Source of the DNA: an uncultured Acetobacteraceae bacterium
GTDB taxonomy: Bacteria; Pseudomonadota; Alphaproteobacteria; Acetobacterales; Acetobacteraceae
DNA length: 48,658 nucleotides
NCBI GenBank assembly: GCA_964235545.1
Contig: CAXSEG010000002.1
Span: 1 to 48,658 of the forward strand
Direction: 5' to 3'
A model generated the notes under the pieces. The model made no database searches. It was not told where the DNA came from and saw nothing but the letters and a program-made list of their open reading frames with translations. How positions within the stretch are numbered: position 1 is the first letter of the stretch; each line of letters begins with the position of its first letter. The position numbers were made by a program, and so were the translations under genes. This document shows, in pieces, positions 7,910 to 16,918 of the stretch.

Positions 7910-10597
7910 GTGACGCAGCTTCGGGATATCACAGCACTCCACAACGGCGCCGGCTTTGTGAACGTCGACTTGCACGTTCACTCCTTCGGGGCGTCCCATG
8001 ACGTTAGGGACCGCTCGATGACGCCGGCGGCGATCGTGGACTCGGCCGTCCGGCAAGGCCTCAGCGTCATTGCCATCACCGACCATAACTCGGCCGCCAA
8101 CGTGCAGGCTGCTATTGATGCTGCTCGGCAGCAACACGGTTCCAGGCTGCTGGTGCTGGCCGGTGTCGAGGTGACCACGTCGCACGGCCACCTGCTGGCC
8201 TATTTTGCACCGGACCGCGTCGACGATCTCGGCAGGTTCCTGATGAGGCTCGACCTGGTCGGCGAACCGGGCGCCGATAAGACTCACACCGCAAAATCGA
8301 TGACCGACACGATCGCCGAGGCAGACCGACTTGGGGGTATCTGCGTCGCAGCGCACATCGATCGAGCGAAAACCGGGTTCGAATCGTTCGGTTCGGGGTT
8401 CCAGAACTGGAAGAAGGACATCCTCTGCAGCCCCGGCCTCTACGGCCTGGAATGTGACGCAGCCGACCGTCTTGGCTGGTATTCGGACGACGACGAGCTT
8501 GGCCCGGCTGGCGATGAGCGGCGCAAGATGCTGGAGGCTCGCCGGGATGTTCCCGGCCTCGCACCCCGGCATCACCTGGCCCATGTCCAGGGGTCCGACG
8601 CCCATTCAATGGCGCAATTCGAACGGGCAGATCCCAACAAGCAATGGTGCCGGGTCAAGCTCTCAGCCCTCACGTTCACCGCCCTGCGCACGGCCTTCAT
8701 CGACCCGACAGCCCGGGTCCGCGCTACCGCCGCGGTGCCGCGGACGATCCCTCGGGTGCGGGGCATAGCAATCACTGGCGGCTTCCTGCACGGGCAGAAC
8801 ATCCATTTCAGCGATAATCTTAACTGCTTCATCGGCGGCCGTGGGACCGGCAAGTCAACGGCGATCCGGGCGATCGCCTACGCCTTCGGCATCAACGACG
8901 AGTTTGAGGAGTACGACAGCTGTCCGGATGTGGTGACCGTGTTCTGCGAAGACGAACACGGCATCCATTACCGCTACGACCGGACGCGCGGCGGCGAGAT
9001 CGACGTCAAGGCCAAGGAGGACCGCTTTATCAGCGACGTTCCAGTCGACTCGTTCAGGATCGAGTATTTCGGGCAGGGCGAGTTGGCGAAGATCGCCGAG
9101 GACCCACTCAAGCACCCGGCCCTGTTCCAGGAATTCCTGGATCGGCATACGAGCCTGCGGGACTTGATCGAAGACGAAGAAGCGGTCGTAACGAGCTTGG
9201 GCGAGAACGCGGGCAGGTTACTACCGCTCGAAAGCGCTTTCTCGCAACTGACCGGGAAGAGGATCACGCTCGAGGAGATCGAGAAGAAGCTGAAGATCGC
9301 TGAGGAGGGAAATCTCCGCGAGGTGGTCGCCACGCAAAGCAAACTCGCTTCGGAAAAGACTGTCAGGGAGTCAATCGAAGCGATCGTTAACGACTATACA
9401 GTGGGCTATAGCTTGGCAAATATCCGGCGGGATTACGATGGGATCGTTTCCACTGCCGGACTCTGTACTGACGACGAAGCGTCGGCGGCGGCACTGGCGA
9501 GCATCCGAGACACGATCGACAGGAGCAATGCCGCCATCGAGCGGAAAGAGGCCGAGCTCAAGAGCCTGCTCGAGGCGACTGCACGCACGTTGCTGACCCA
9601 CGCGGCACAGCTGAAGGCCAGCCATCTCCGGATGAGCAACGAGGTGGCCGTCAAGCTCGCCGACCTGCGGGCGCGGGGGCTCGCCACCGACCTGACGGGA
9701 TTGGAGAAACTGCTCCGCGACAAGACCACGGTCGGGCGTGAAATTGCCGCTGTCCAGCAGCGTTCAAATGAGTTGAACAAGTGCCGCGATGAACGGGCTG
9801 CGCTGCGAGTCCGGCTCGCAAACGTCAGAGGCGAACTCACCGCGCGCCGCAAGGCGCAACTCGCGGACATCAACCGCAACCTGGCAGCCACTATCAAGGA
9901 CTACACCATCTTCGTCAGGTATGACGAAGCCGGGATCACCAATGCTTTCGAGAGCTTCATGCAGGCACAAATGAACGGCACCTACATGCCGGACGTGGCG
10001 ATAGAGGCCCTCTGCCGAACCATCACGCCTTCGGAACTGGCCGACCTGGTGCTTGCTCGCAAAGAGGCCGCCATCGTCGCCAAAACCAGAGTCCAGAGCG
10101 AGTGGGCCGCGAAGCTCATCAGCACGCTCTGCTACTGGCACAAGCTGTTCGAACTGCAGGTCCTAGCGAAGCAACCGAAACCGGTTATCACCGTCCGCAC
10201 CAAGACTGCGCCGCAGAAGGAGATCCCGGTCCTGCAGCTTTCCGACGGCCAACGTCATACGATCCTGTTGACGATTGCGATGCTGGCCGAGACCAACATC
10301 CCCTTGGTGATCGACCAGCCCGAGGACGATCTGGATAATGCCTTCATCGCCAGCAGCATCGTCGGCACCCTGCGGCGGGTCAAAGAGCGGCGGCAGGTGA
10401 TCCTGGTAACTCACAATGCCAATATCGCGGTCCTTGGCGATTCCGAGCTAATCCTGCCGATGCAGCGTGAGAGCGATTGCGGCAAGACGTGCGACTGCGG
10501 GTCAATCGATGCCGAAGCGACCAGAGGCCGCGTAATCGGCATCCTCGAAGGAGGGTCCAACGCCTTCAAACGACGGCGGGAAATGTACAACCACTAG
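7910..10597 (+). CDS. PHP phosphoesterase fused to an ABC/SMC-like ATPase (TrlF family; Ppl-like anti-phage protein)
   Basis: PHP motifs DLHVHS, TDHN, AAHID and SDAH; Walker A GGRGTGKS; coiled coil; LSDGQR; IDQPEDDLD; VTHNANI. Start taken at GTG 7910 after GGGAG. Confidence 0.85.
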   Translation: MTQLRDITALHNGAGFVNVDLHVHSFGASHDVRDRSMTPAAIVDSAVRQGLSVIAITDHNSAANVQAAIDAARQQHGSRLLVLAGVEVTTSHGHLLAYFAPDRVDDLGRFLMRLDLVGEPGADKTHTAKSMTDTIAEADRLGGICVAAHIDRAKTGFESFGSGFQNWKKDILCSPGLYGLECDAADRLGWYSDDDELGPAGDERRKMLEARRDVPGLAPRHHLAHVQGSDAHSMAQFERADPNKQWCRVKLSALTFTALRTAFIDPTARVRATAAVPRTIPRVRGIAITGGFLHGQNIHFSDNLNCFIGGRGTGKSTAIRAIAYAFGINDEFEEYDSCPDVVTVFCEDEHGIHYRYDRTRGGEIDVKAKEDRFISDVPVDSFRIEYFGQGELAKIAEDPLKHPALFQEFLDRHTSLRDLIEDEEAVVTSLGENAGRLLPLESAFSQLTGKRITLEEIEKKLKIAEEGNLREVVATQSKLASEKTVRESIEAIVNDYTVGYSLANIRRDYDGIVSTAGLCTDDEASAAALASIRDTIDRSNAAIERKEAELKSLLEATARTLLTHAAQLKASHLRMSNEVAVKLADLRARGLATDLTGLEKLLRDKTTVGREIAAVQQRSNELNKCRDERAALRVRLANVRGELTARRKAQLADINRNLAATIKDYTIFVRYDEAGITNAFESFMQAQMNGTYMPDVAIEALCRTITPSELADLVLARKEAAIVAKTRVQSEWAAKLISTLCYWHKLFELQVLAKQPKPVITVRTKTAPQKEIPVLQLSDGQRHTILLTIAMLAETNIPLVIDQPEDDLDNAFIASSIVGTLRRVKERRQVILVTHNANIAVLGDSELILPMQRESDCGKTCDCGSIDAEATRGRVIGILEGGSNAFKRRREMYNH

Positions 10598-10789
10598 AAT
10601 CAAGCCTTCTACATAGCCGATTGGTTCTATGTCCGCTTCTGAGCTATATTGCTTCTAACCCGACAGTCCCCTGCGGCCCTTCACAACAATATCGGAATGT
10701 TGGCTGATCACCGTTTCGTTCTGATGCGGACAGGTCGCTATCCACCATACCCGGTCATCGTATCGACGCTCGATCAACCTGGCGTGCCA

Positions 10790-13700
10790 CTACCTGAAAT
10801 CCCGTGTCGGCACCTTGATGCCCGACCCCAGCCGCAGGTCCGGCACGAAGATATCCCTCACGGGCCGCCCTCCCGGCCCGGCACCCTGCCCGGTCCGGGG
10901 ATCCCGCCCGGCGGGGTGCGTCGCGCCGTCGCCGCGGCCGTGCCGGATTGGGAACGCCTCGTCCCGTTCGCCCACACTTCGCAACATATCCGACAGGTCT
11001 TCCAGGCGATCGGTGACGACATGGATCACCTCCCCCTCGCGCTGCACGCGGCCGTGGCAGGCGATCATCCCCGCCGACAGCACCAGGCGCCGTTGCGCCT
11101 CGAACCTGTCCGCCCACAGCACCAGGTTCGCCACCCCGGTCTCGTCCTCGATGGTGATGAACATGACGCCCTTGGCCGACCCCGGCTTCTGCCGCACCAG
11201 CACGATCCCGGGCACGATCACCCGGCGACCGTCCTGCAGGTGCAGCAGGTCGCCGCACTCGATCATGCCCCGGCCCCGCAGCTCCGCCCGCAGGAAGGCG
11301 ACTGGGTGCCGCCCCAGGCTCAGCCCGACGCTGCGGTAGTCTTCGACCACCTCGCGGCCCTCCTTCATCGGCGCCAACGGCACGACGGGCTCGTTCAGCT
11401 CCGGCTGCAGCCGCCCGTGACCATCAGCCGCCGCGAACAGCGGCAATACCGTGTCGGCCAGCCCGCGCACTGCCCACAGCGCCGCCCGCCGCTCCAGCCC
11501 GAGCGCCTGGAAGGCGTCCGCTTCGGCCAGCCGCTCCAGCATCGTCGCCGGCACGCCCGCCCGGTGCCAGACCTCCTCCACGCTGCCGTAAGCCGCCTCG
11601 CCCCGGTGCGCGACCAGCTGCGCCCCGTGCTCGTTGGCTAGGCCTTTCACCATCCGCAGCCCCAGCCGGACAGCCCGGCCTGGGCCGCCATCGCCGCGAC
11701 GCTCCAGCGTGCAGTCCCAGCGGCTGGCGTTGACGCAGACCGGGCGGACCATCACCCGGTGCTCGCGCGCGTCGCGCACGATCTGCGCCGGCGCGTAGAA
11801 CCCCATTGGCTGGGCGTTCAGCAACGCGGCGCAGAACACGTCCGGGTGGTGGCACTTCACCCAGGCCGACGCATACGCCACCAGCGCGAAGGACGCCGCG
11901 TGGCTCTCGGGGAAGCCGTATGACCCAAAGCCCTCCAACTGGGAGAAGGTCCGCTCGGCGAACTCCCGTTCGTAGCCGTTAGTCACCATCCCCTCCACCA
12001 GCTTGTCTTTGAAGTGCGACACGCCCCCGGTGAACTTGAACGTCGCCATCGACCGCCGCAGCTGGTCCGCCTCGCCCGGCGTGAACCCGGCGCAGACGAT
12101 GGCCACCTGCATCGCCTGCTCCTGGAACAGCGGTACGCCCAGCGTCTTGCCCAGCACCCGGCGCAGCTCCTCCTTGGGATAGTGCACGGGCTCAATCTTC
12201 TCCCTACGCCGCAGGTAGGGGTGCACCATGTCGCCCTGGATGGGGCCGGGCCGCACGATCGCCACCTGCACGACCAGGTCGTAGAAGGTGGTAGGCTTCA
12301 GCCGCGGCAGCATGGCCATCTGGGCCCGGCTCTCGATCTGAAACGTGCCCAGCGTGTCCGCTTTGCGGATCATCGCGTAGGTGCGGGGGTCCTCCGGCGG
12401 GATGGTGGCGATGTCGATTGAGATGCCCCGGTGCTCCTCCAGCATCTCGAAGGCGCGGCGCAGGCAGCTCAGCATACCCAGGCCCAGCACGTCGACCTTC
12501 ATGAACTTCAGTGCATCGATGTCGTCCTTGTCCCACTCGATGACCTGCCGCCCGGCCATGGCGGCCGGCTCGACCGGGACCAGTTCGTCCAGCCGGTCCC
12601 GCGTCAGCACGAAGCCGCCCGGGTGGGTGCCCAGCTGCCGGGGGAAGCCGATCAGATCGCGGGCCAGGGCGATGGACAGCCGCAGCCGGCGGTCGGCCAG
12701 GTTGAGGTTCAGCTCGGCCGCGTGCCCCTCCAGCACCCCGTCGTCCGACCAGCCCCAGACCTGGGACGCCAGCAGCCCGGTGACGTCCTCCGTCAGGCCC
12801 ATGACCTTGCCGACGTCGCGGATGGCGCCGCGGGGGCCGAAGCACATGGCGGTCGCGCACAGGGCGGCACGGTCCCGGCCGTAGCGCTCGTAGACCCACT
12901 GGATCACCTCCTCGCGGCGCTCGCTCTCGAAGTCCACGTCGATGTCGGGCGGCTCGCGGCGCTCGGCGGAGATGAACCGCTCGAACAGCAGGCCGGAGCG
13001 CACCGGGTCGATAGCGGTGACGCCCAGCACGTAGCAGACGGCGGAGTTGGCGGCCGATCCCCGGCCCTGGCACAGGATGCCTTTGGACCGGGCGTACCGG
13101 ACGATGCTGTTCACCGTCAGGAAGTAGGGCGCGTATCCGAGGGAGCCGATCAGCGCCAGCTCGTGCCGCAACTGCCTGTCCACCTCCGGCGGCAGGCCGT
13201 CCGGGTAGCGCAGCTTCACGCTCTCCGCTACCAGCCGCTCCAGCCCCTGCTGCGGCGTCTCGTCGTCACGCTGGAGCTCGTCGGGATACTGGTAGCGGAG
13301 TTCGGCCAGGCTGAATGTGCAACGATCTGCGATCTCCACGGTGCGGGCGACCGCCTCGGGGTAGGCGGCGAATAGGCGGGCGACCTCGTCCGGCGGCTTG
13401 AGGTGGCGGTCGGCGAACCGTTCCAGCCGGAACCCGGCCTGCTCGACGGTGCAGCCCTCGCGGATACAGGTGACCACGTCCTGGAGCATGCGGCGCTCCC
13501 GGGCATGGTAGAGCACCTCCCCCGTGACCACGGTCGGCACCCTCGCTGCCTGCGCCGCCTCAAACAGCAGGCGCAGCCGGACATGGTCTCCGGGCCGGCG
13601 GCGCAGGGTCAACGCCAGGTGGCACCGCCCGGGGAACGCGCCCCGCATGCGACGAAGCTCCTCATCCAGGCGCTCGTCGGGCTGGTCGGGCAGCAGGATC

Positions 13701-14062
13701 AGCAGCAAGCCGTCGCCGGCGGCGGCCAGGTCGGCCCAGGCGATGTCGCAGCCGCCCTTGCCGGTGCGCCCCTTGCCGAGGGTCAGCAGGCGGCAGAGGC
13801 GGCCATAGCCGGCGCGGTCAAGCGGGTAGGCCAGCACGGGCAGGCCGTCGCGCAGGTCGAGGCGACTGCCCACGACGAGGCGGATGCCGACCTCGGCGGC
13901 GCGGGCATGGGCGCGGGCGATGCCGGCCAGGGTGTTGTGGTCGGTGACGGCCAGGGCGTCGTAGCCGAGCGCCTTGGCCTGGAGCATCAGCTCCTCGATC
14001 CGGCTGGCTCCTCGCAGGAACGAGTAGTTGGATGTGACCTGCAGCTCGACGTAGCCGGGCAC
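10790..14062 (-). CDS. dnaE2: Error-prone DNA polymerase DnaE2 (ImuC)
   Basis: [37 protein letters not shown] and C-terminal TRDFR; intact 1090 aa. Confidence 0.97.
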   Translation of the reverse strand: MPGYVELQVTSNYSFLRGASRIEELMLQAKALGYDALAVTDHNTLAGIARAHARAAEVGIRLVVGSRLDLRDGLPVLAYPLDRAGYGRLCRLLTLGKGRTGKGGCDIAWADLAAAGDGLLLILLPDQPDERLDEELRRMRGAFPGRCHLALTLRRRPGDHVRLRLLFEAAQAARVPTVVTGEVLYHARERRMLQDVVTCIREGCTVEQAGFRLERFADRHLKPPDEVARLFAAYPEAVARTVEIADRCTFSLAELRYQYPDELQRDDETPQQGLERLVAESVKLRYPDGLPPEVDRQLRHELALIGSLGYAPYFLTVNSIVRYARSKGILCQGRGSAANSAVCYVLGVTAIDPVRSGLLFERFISAERREPPDIDVDFESERREEVIQWVYERYGRDRAALCATAMCFGPRGAIRDVGKVMGLTEDVTGLLASQVWGWSDDGVLEGHAAELNLNLADRRLRLSIALARDLIGFPRQLGTHPGGFVLTRDRLDELVPVEPAAMAGRQVIEWDKDDIDALKFMKVDVLGLGMLSCLRRAFEMLEEHRGISIDIATIPPEDPRTYAMIRKADTLGTFQIESRAQMAMLPRLKPTTFYDLVVQVAIVRPGPIQGDMVHPYLRRREKIEPVHYPKEELRRVLGKTLGVPLFQEQAMQVAIVCAGFTPGEADQLRRSMATFKFTGGVSHFKDKLVEGMVTNGYEREFAERTFSQLEGFGSYGFPESHAASFALVAYASAWVKCHHPDVFCAALLNAQPMGFYAPAQIVRDAREHRVMVRPVCVNASRWDCTLERRGDGGPGRAVRLGLRMVKGLANEHGAQLVAHRGEAAYGSVEEVWHRAGVPATMLERLAEADAFQALGLERRAALWAVRGLADTVLPLFAAADGHGRLQPELNEPVVPLAPMKEGREVVEDYRSVGLSLGRHPVAFLRAELRGRGMIECGDLLHLQDGRRVIVPGIVLVRQKPGSAKGVMFITIEDETGVANLVLWADRFEAQRRLVLSAGMIACHGRVQREGEVIHVVTDRLEDLSDMLRSVGERDEAFPIRHGRGDGATHPAGRDPRTGQGAGPGGRPVRDIFVPDLRLGSGIKVPTRDFR

Positions 14063-14071
14063 GGCCGCGCC

Positions 14072-14314
14072 TTAGTCGGTCGCATTCGGGTGGCTGTGGC
14101 GGCTGGTGCTGGGCGGGGTGGCCGGGGGGCGCTTCATCAGCACGAACCCCGACCGCTCGAGGTGCTGGACCAAGCGCTCGGCGGTGATGCGGGCCATGGC
14201 GTCGTCGGCGTGATGGACCCGCTTGCGCCCGGAGAACCGCAGCGCGAAGGACAGGCTCTCCTCGATCTCCTGCGCCGAGGCGGGACGCAGGTTCAGCTTG
14301 TCGTCGTCGCTCAC
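14072..14314 (-). CDS. Small hypothetical protein directly upstream of dnaE2
   Basis: GTG 14314 starts an 80-aa ORF (LRPAS...LSFALRFSGRKRVH...AERLVQHLERSGFVLMKRPP) that ends 9 nt before dnaE2. Confidence 0.75.
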   Translation of the reverse strand: MSDDDKLNLRPASAQEIEESLSFALRFSGRKRVHHADDAMARITAERLVQHLERSGFVLMKRPPATPPSTSRHSHPNATD

Positions 14315-14604
14315 GTTCGCATCCCGGGCCGAGCAGGCTGCGGCGGGATACCGCGACGCCACACCGCCAGACGGTCCCGGCCGGCGCACGCCGCGATCAT
14401 CCTGTCCGCTGCTCCGGACCGGCTGCAGGGCGCGATCTGGTGCTGGTCGCGGCGATAGGCGTCCGTGTAAACGAGGGCGGCGGCATGTGCCCGGAAGAAG
14501 ACCCTGACCGGCGCGGACGTGGGCACAGGCGGCACGTCCGGCGTCGGCGCAGCCGCCACGATGGTCAACCAGAGGCCAAGAAGGAGCTGAAGGACGCCGA
14601 GCAT
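14311..14604 (-). CDS. Hypothetical protein with hydrophobic N-terminus
   Basis: GTGA stop/start overlap with the next gene. It begins right after the LexA box. Confidence 0.45.
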   Translation of the reverse strand: MLGVLQLLLGLWLTIVAAAPTPDVPPVPTSAPVRVFFRAHAAALVYTDAYRRDQHQIAPCSRSGAADRMIAACAGRDRLAVWRRGIPPQPARPGMRT

Positions 14605-14609
14605 CACTG

Positions 14610-14624
14610 GAACGTAGAGTGAAC
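14610..14624. promoter_or_regulatory. Alphaproteobacterial LexA (SOS) box
   Basis: GAAC-GTAGAGT-GAAC is an exact GAAC-N7-GAAC, lying between the divergent dnaE2 and SRAP operons. Confidence 0.85.
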
Positions 14625-14724
14625 ATGTAGCACGAGTCGATAGGCATTGTGTCTTTTCCTACCGCTTGACGCTCTCGCCCGCATCTCCGACCGTTGCGGT
14701 GCCCATGAGCCACAGGCGGTGCGC

Positions 14725-15006
14725 ATGACCGAGGCCAGCAACGTCGTCCCGTTCCCACGCCAGCTTCGCGCGATGCCGACCTCGCCTGCGCCCGACGCGC
14801 CGGTTGCCGCCGAACCGCAACCAGCGGTCGATCATGACGGTCGGCTGTATCCCTTGCATGACCTGCTCCGCGGCCTCACGCCGGAGGAGCTACCGACGGT
14901 GGACGCGTCGGCGCCGCGGTCGGGGCAGGAAGCCTGGGACCCAGTCGTCCGGAACTGGCCCGCGCTGGCTGCGGAGATCATCGCGAGCGTGCCGGAGGCC
15001 CGGTAG
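14725..15006 (+). CDS. Hypothetical protein upstream of SRAP
   Basis: MTEASNVVPFPR..., 93 aa, ends 4 nt before the SRAP ATG. Confidence 0.6.
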   Translation: MTEASNVVPFPRQLRAMPTSPAPDAPVAAEPQPAVDHDGRLYPLHDLLRGLTPEELPTVDASAPRSGQEAWDPVVRNWPALAAEIIASVPEAR

Positions 15007-15010
15007 CCGC

Positions 15011-15723
15011 ATGTGCGGCCGGTTCGCCTCCACCCTGCCGCTTGACGCCATCCGCGCGCTGTTCCGCACCGCCGGACCGGCGCCCAACCTGGCGCCGTCC
15101 TGGAACGTGGCGCCGGCGCAGGACGCCATGGTCCTGCGGCGGCATCCCGAGACTGGCGAGCGCCGGCTGGACCTGCTGCGCTGGGGGCTGATCCCGTCCT
15201 GGACTAAGGACCTGAAAGCCGCGCGCAAGCCGATCAACGCCCGGTCGGAGACGGCCGGTAGCTCCGGGATGTTCAAGGCCGCCCTGGGGGCGCGGCGCTG
15301 CCTGGTGCCCGTGGACGCCTTCTACGAATGGCGCACGATGCCGGACGGCAAGCAGCCCTACGCGATCGCCAGGCGGGACGGCTCGCCGCTGGCCTTCGCC
15401 GGGCTTTGGGAGGGCTGGCGCAGCCCGGACGGAGAGGTGGTCCGCACCTTCGCCATCCTGACCACCAGCGCGAACGCCACCATGGCCCAACTGCACGAGC
15501 GCATGCCGGTGATCCTTGAGCCGGACGCCTGGCCGACCTGGCTGGGCGAGGAGGATGCGGACCCTCCCTGATGCGCCCGGCCGGCGACGATGTGCTGCAC
15601 CTCTGGCCGGTCAGCCGGGCCGTCAACTCGGTGCGCAACGACGGAGCCAATTTGCTCGACCGCATCGACAACCCGCGGGCCCCGCCGCCCAGCGATGCGC
15701 CGCCGGGCACAAATCCTACTTAA
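15011..15723 (+). pseudogene. SRAP/HMCES (YedK-like) abasic-site protein, frameshift near 15565
   Basis: MCGRF, NARSET, FYEW and HERMPVIL are present, but the conserved tail WPVSRAVNSVRNDG lies in a different frame ending at TAA 15723. Confidence 0.88.
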
Positions 15724-15759
15724 CATCTACGCGCAACACCGCACGCCCCGTGCCGACCG

Positions 15760-16440
15760 AATGGCTCGTTGGTGCAGATGGCGCCTGGTCGAAGGTCCGG
15801 CCGCTGCTGTCGGACCCGAAGCCCGAGCATCTCGGCACAACGTTCATCGAGACCTATCCGCACGACCTCGATGAGCGGCACCAAGCGGCGGCCGAAGCGG
15901 TCGGCGGAGGCGCAATGTTCGCGCTTTACCAAGAAAGGGAATTGTGGCGCATCGTGAGGCGGGGAGCGTTCAACCGTATGTCGAGCTAAACCGCTCCGCC
16001 GAGTGGATCGCCAGCATCGACTTCACCGACACCTCGGCCGCGGCCGCTCGGATTGCGGCGGATTTCGACGGGTGGGCCCCCGCGCTGACCGCGCTGATCA
16101 CCGACGGCAAGACCGCGCCGAGCCGGCGCATGATCTACGCGCTCCAGGACAGACGCCGATGGGACCGCGTGCCCGGGGTGACGCTCCTCGGTGATGCCGC
16201 GCACCTGATGTCGCCGTCCGGCGAGAAGCGAATTTGGCGATGTTCAACGGCGCCGAACTCGGCCGCACGATTGACGCGCACCTCGACGACATTGAGGCGG
16301 CACTCACCGCCTACGAAGAGGCAATGTTCCCCCGCAGCGAGTTGGAAGCCGTAGACGCGCACCTGATCCTGGGCTCTGCCTCGACGACCGTGCACCGTTC
16401 GGACTCATCGACTTCTTCACCGGCGCGATCGGCGGGGTGA
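15760..16440 (+). pseudogene. FAD-dependent monooxygenase (TetX-like family) remnant, 5'-truncated and multiply frameshifted
   Basis: LVGADGAWSKVRPLL, VTLLGDAAHLM and NLAMFNGAEL...YEEAMFPRS lie in different frames. The N-terminal GxGxxG is absent. Confidence 0.8.
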
Positions 16441-16591
16441 GGGCCGCTGACGCTATTCACCGATGAGGCTGTGTGACTAGCGCGGTCGAACGGCCGCTTC
16501 CCATTTGTCGGCATTCGAAATCTGCCGGACCGCAATCCACTCTCCACTCGCAAACGGGAGGGACACCCTCCCGTCGACGACGGAGGGGTGC

Positions 16592-16918
16592 ATGGACAGA
16601 AACCAGGCCAGCAGGGTCGGTGGCGAGGCTGGACAGGCCGAGATCATCGTCGAGATACTGGCCAGGCTTGAAGAGCAGGGTCGCCAGACGTTGGAGCTGG
16701 TCCGGTCGCTGGTCACGATCCTGATGCCGAAAGAGGGCGGCCGGGAAGGACCGTCGCTCGAAGACCTGATCCGAGTGCTGATTACACAGCAGCGCGAGAC
16801 CATCACCCTTGCCAAGGCGATGCAAGAGGACCTGCATCGTCAGGGCGAAACCCTGCCGCTGGCCGTGGCCGAAGCCGTCGTGGAGCAAATCCGCCATTCG
16901 GGGGCCGCCCGGCAGTGA
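16592..16918 (+). CDS. Small helical protein coupled to the relaxase (possible relaxosome accessory)
   Basis: GGAGGGG RBS, ATG 16592, and a TGATG overlap with the relaxase start. Confidence 0.7.
   Translation: MDRNQASRVGGEAGQAEIIVEILARLEEQGRQTLELVRSLVTILMPKEGGREGPSLEDLIRVLITQQRETITLAKAMQEDLHRQGETLPLAVAEAVVEQIRHSGAARQ

Noticed and set aside
7910-14062. Functional link between the two convergent PHP-domain proteins (PHP-ATPase and DnaE2)
   Set aside because: They belong to different PHP subfamilies, differ in composition and face each other, so the adjacency is most likely incidental.
14072-14607. imuA/imuB upstream of dnaE2
   Set aside because: The ORFs are far too short and show no RecA-like or Y-family polymerase features.
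15760-16440. Functional tetX-type resistance gene
   Set aside because: It lacks the N-terminal FAD-binding motif and has several frameshifts. Family membership alone does not imply resistance.
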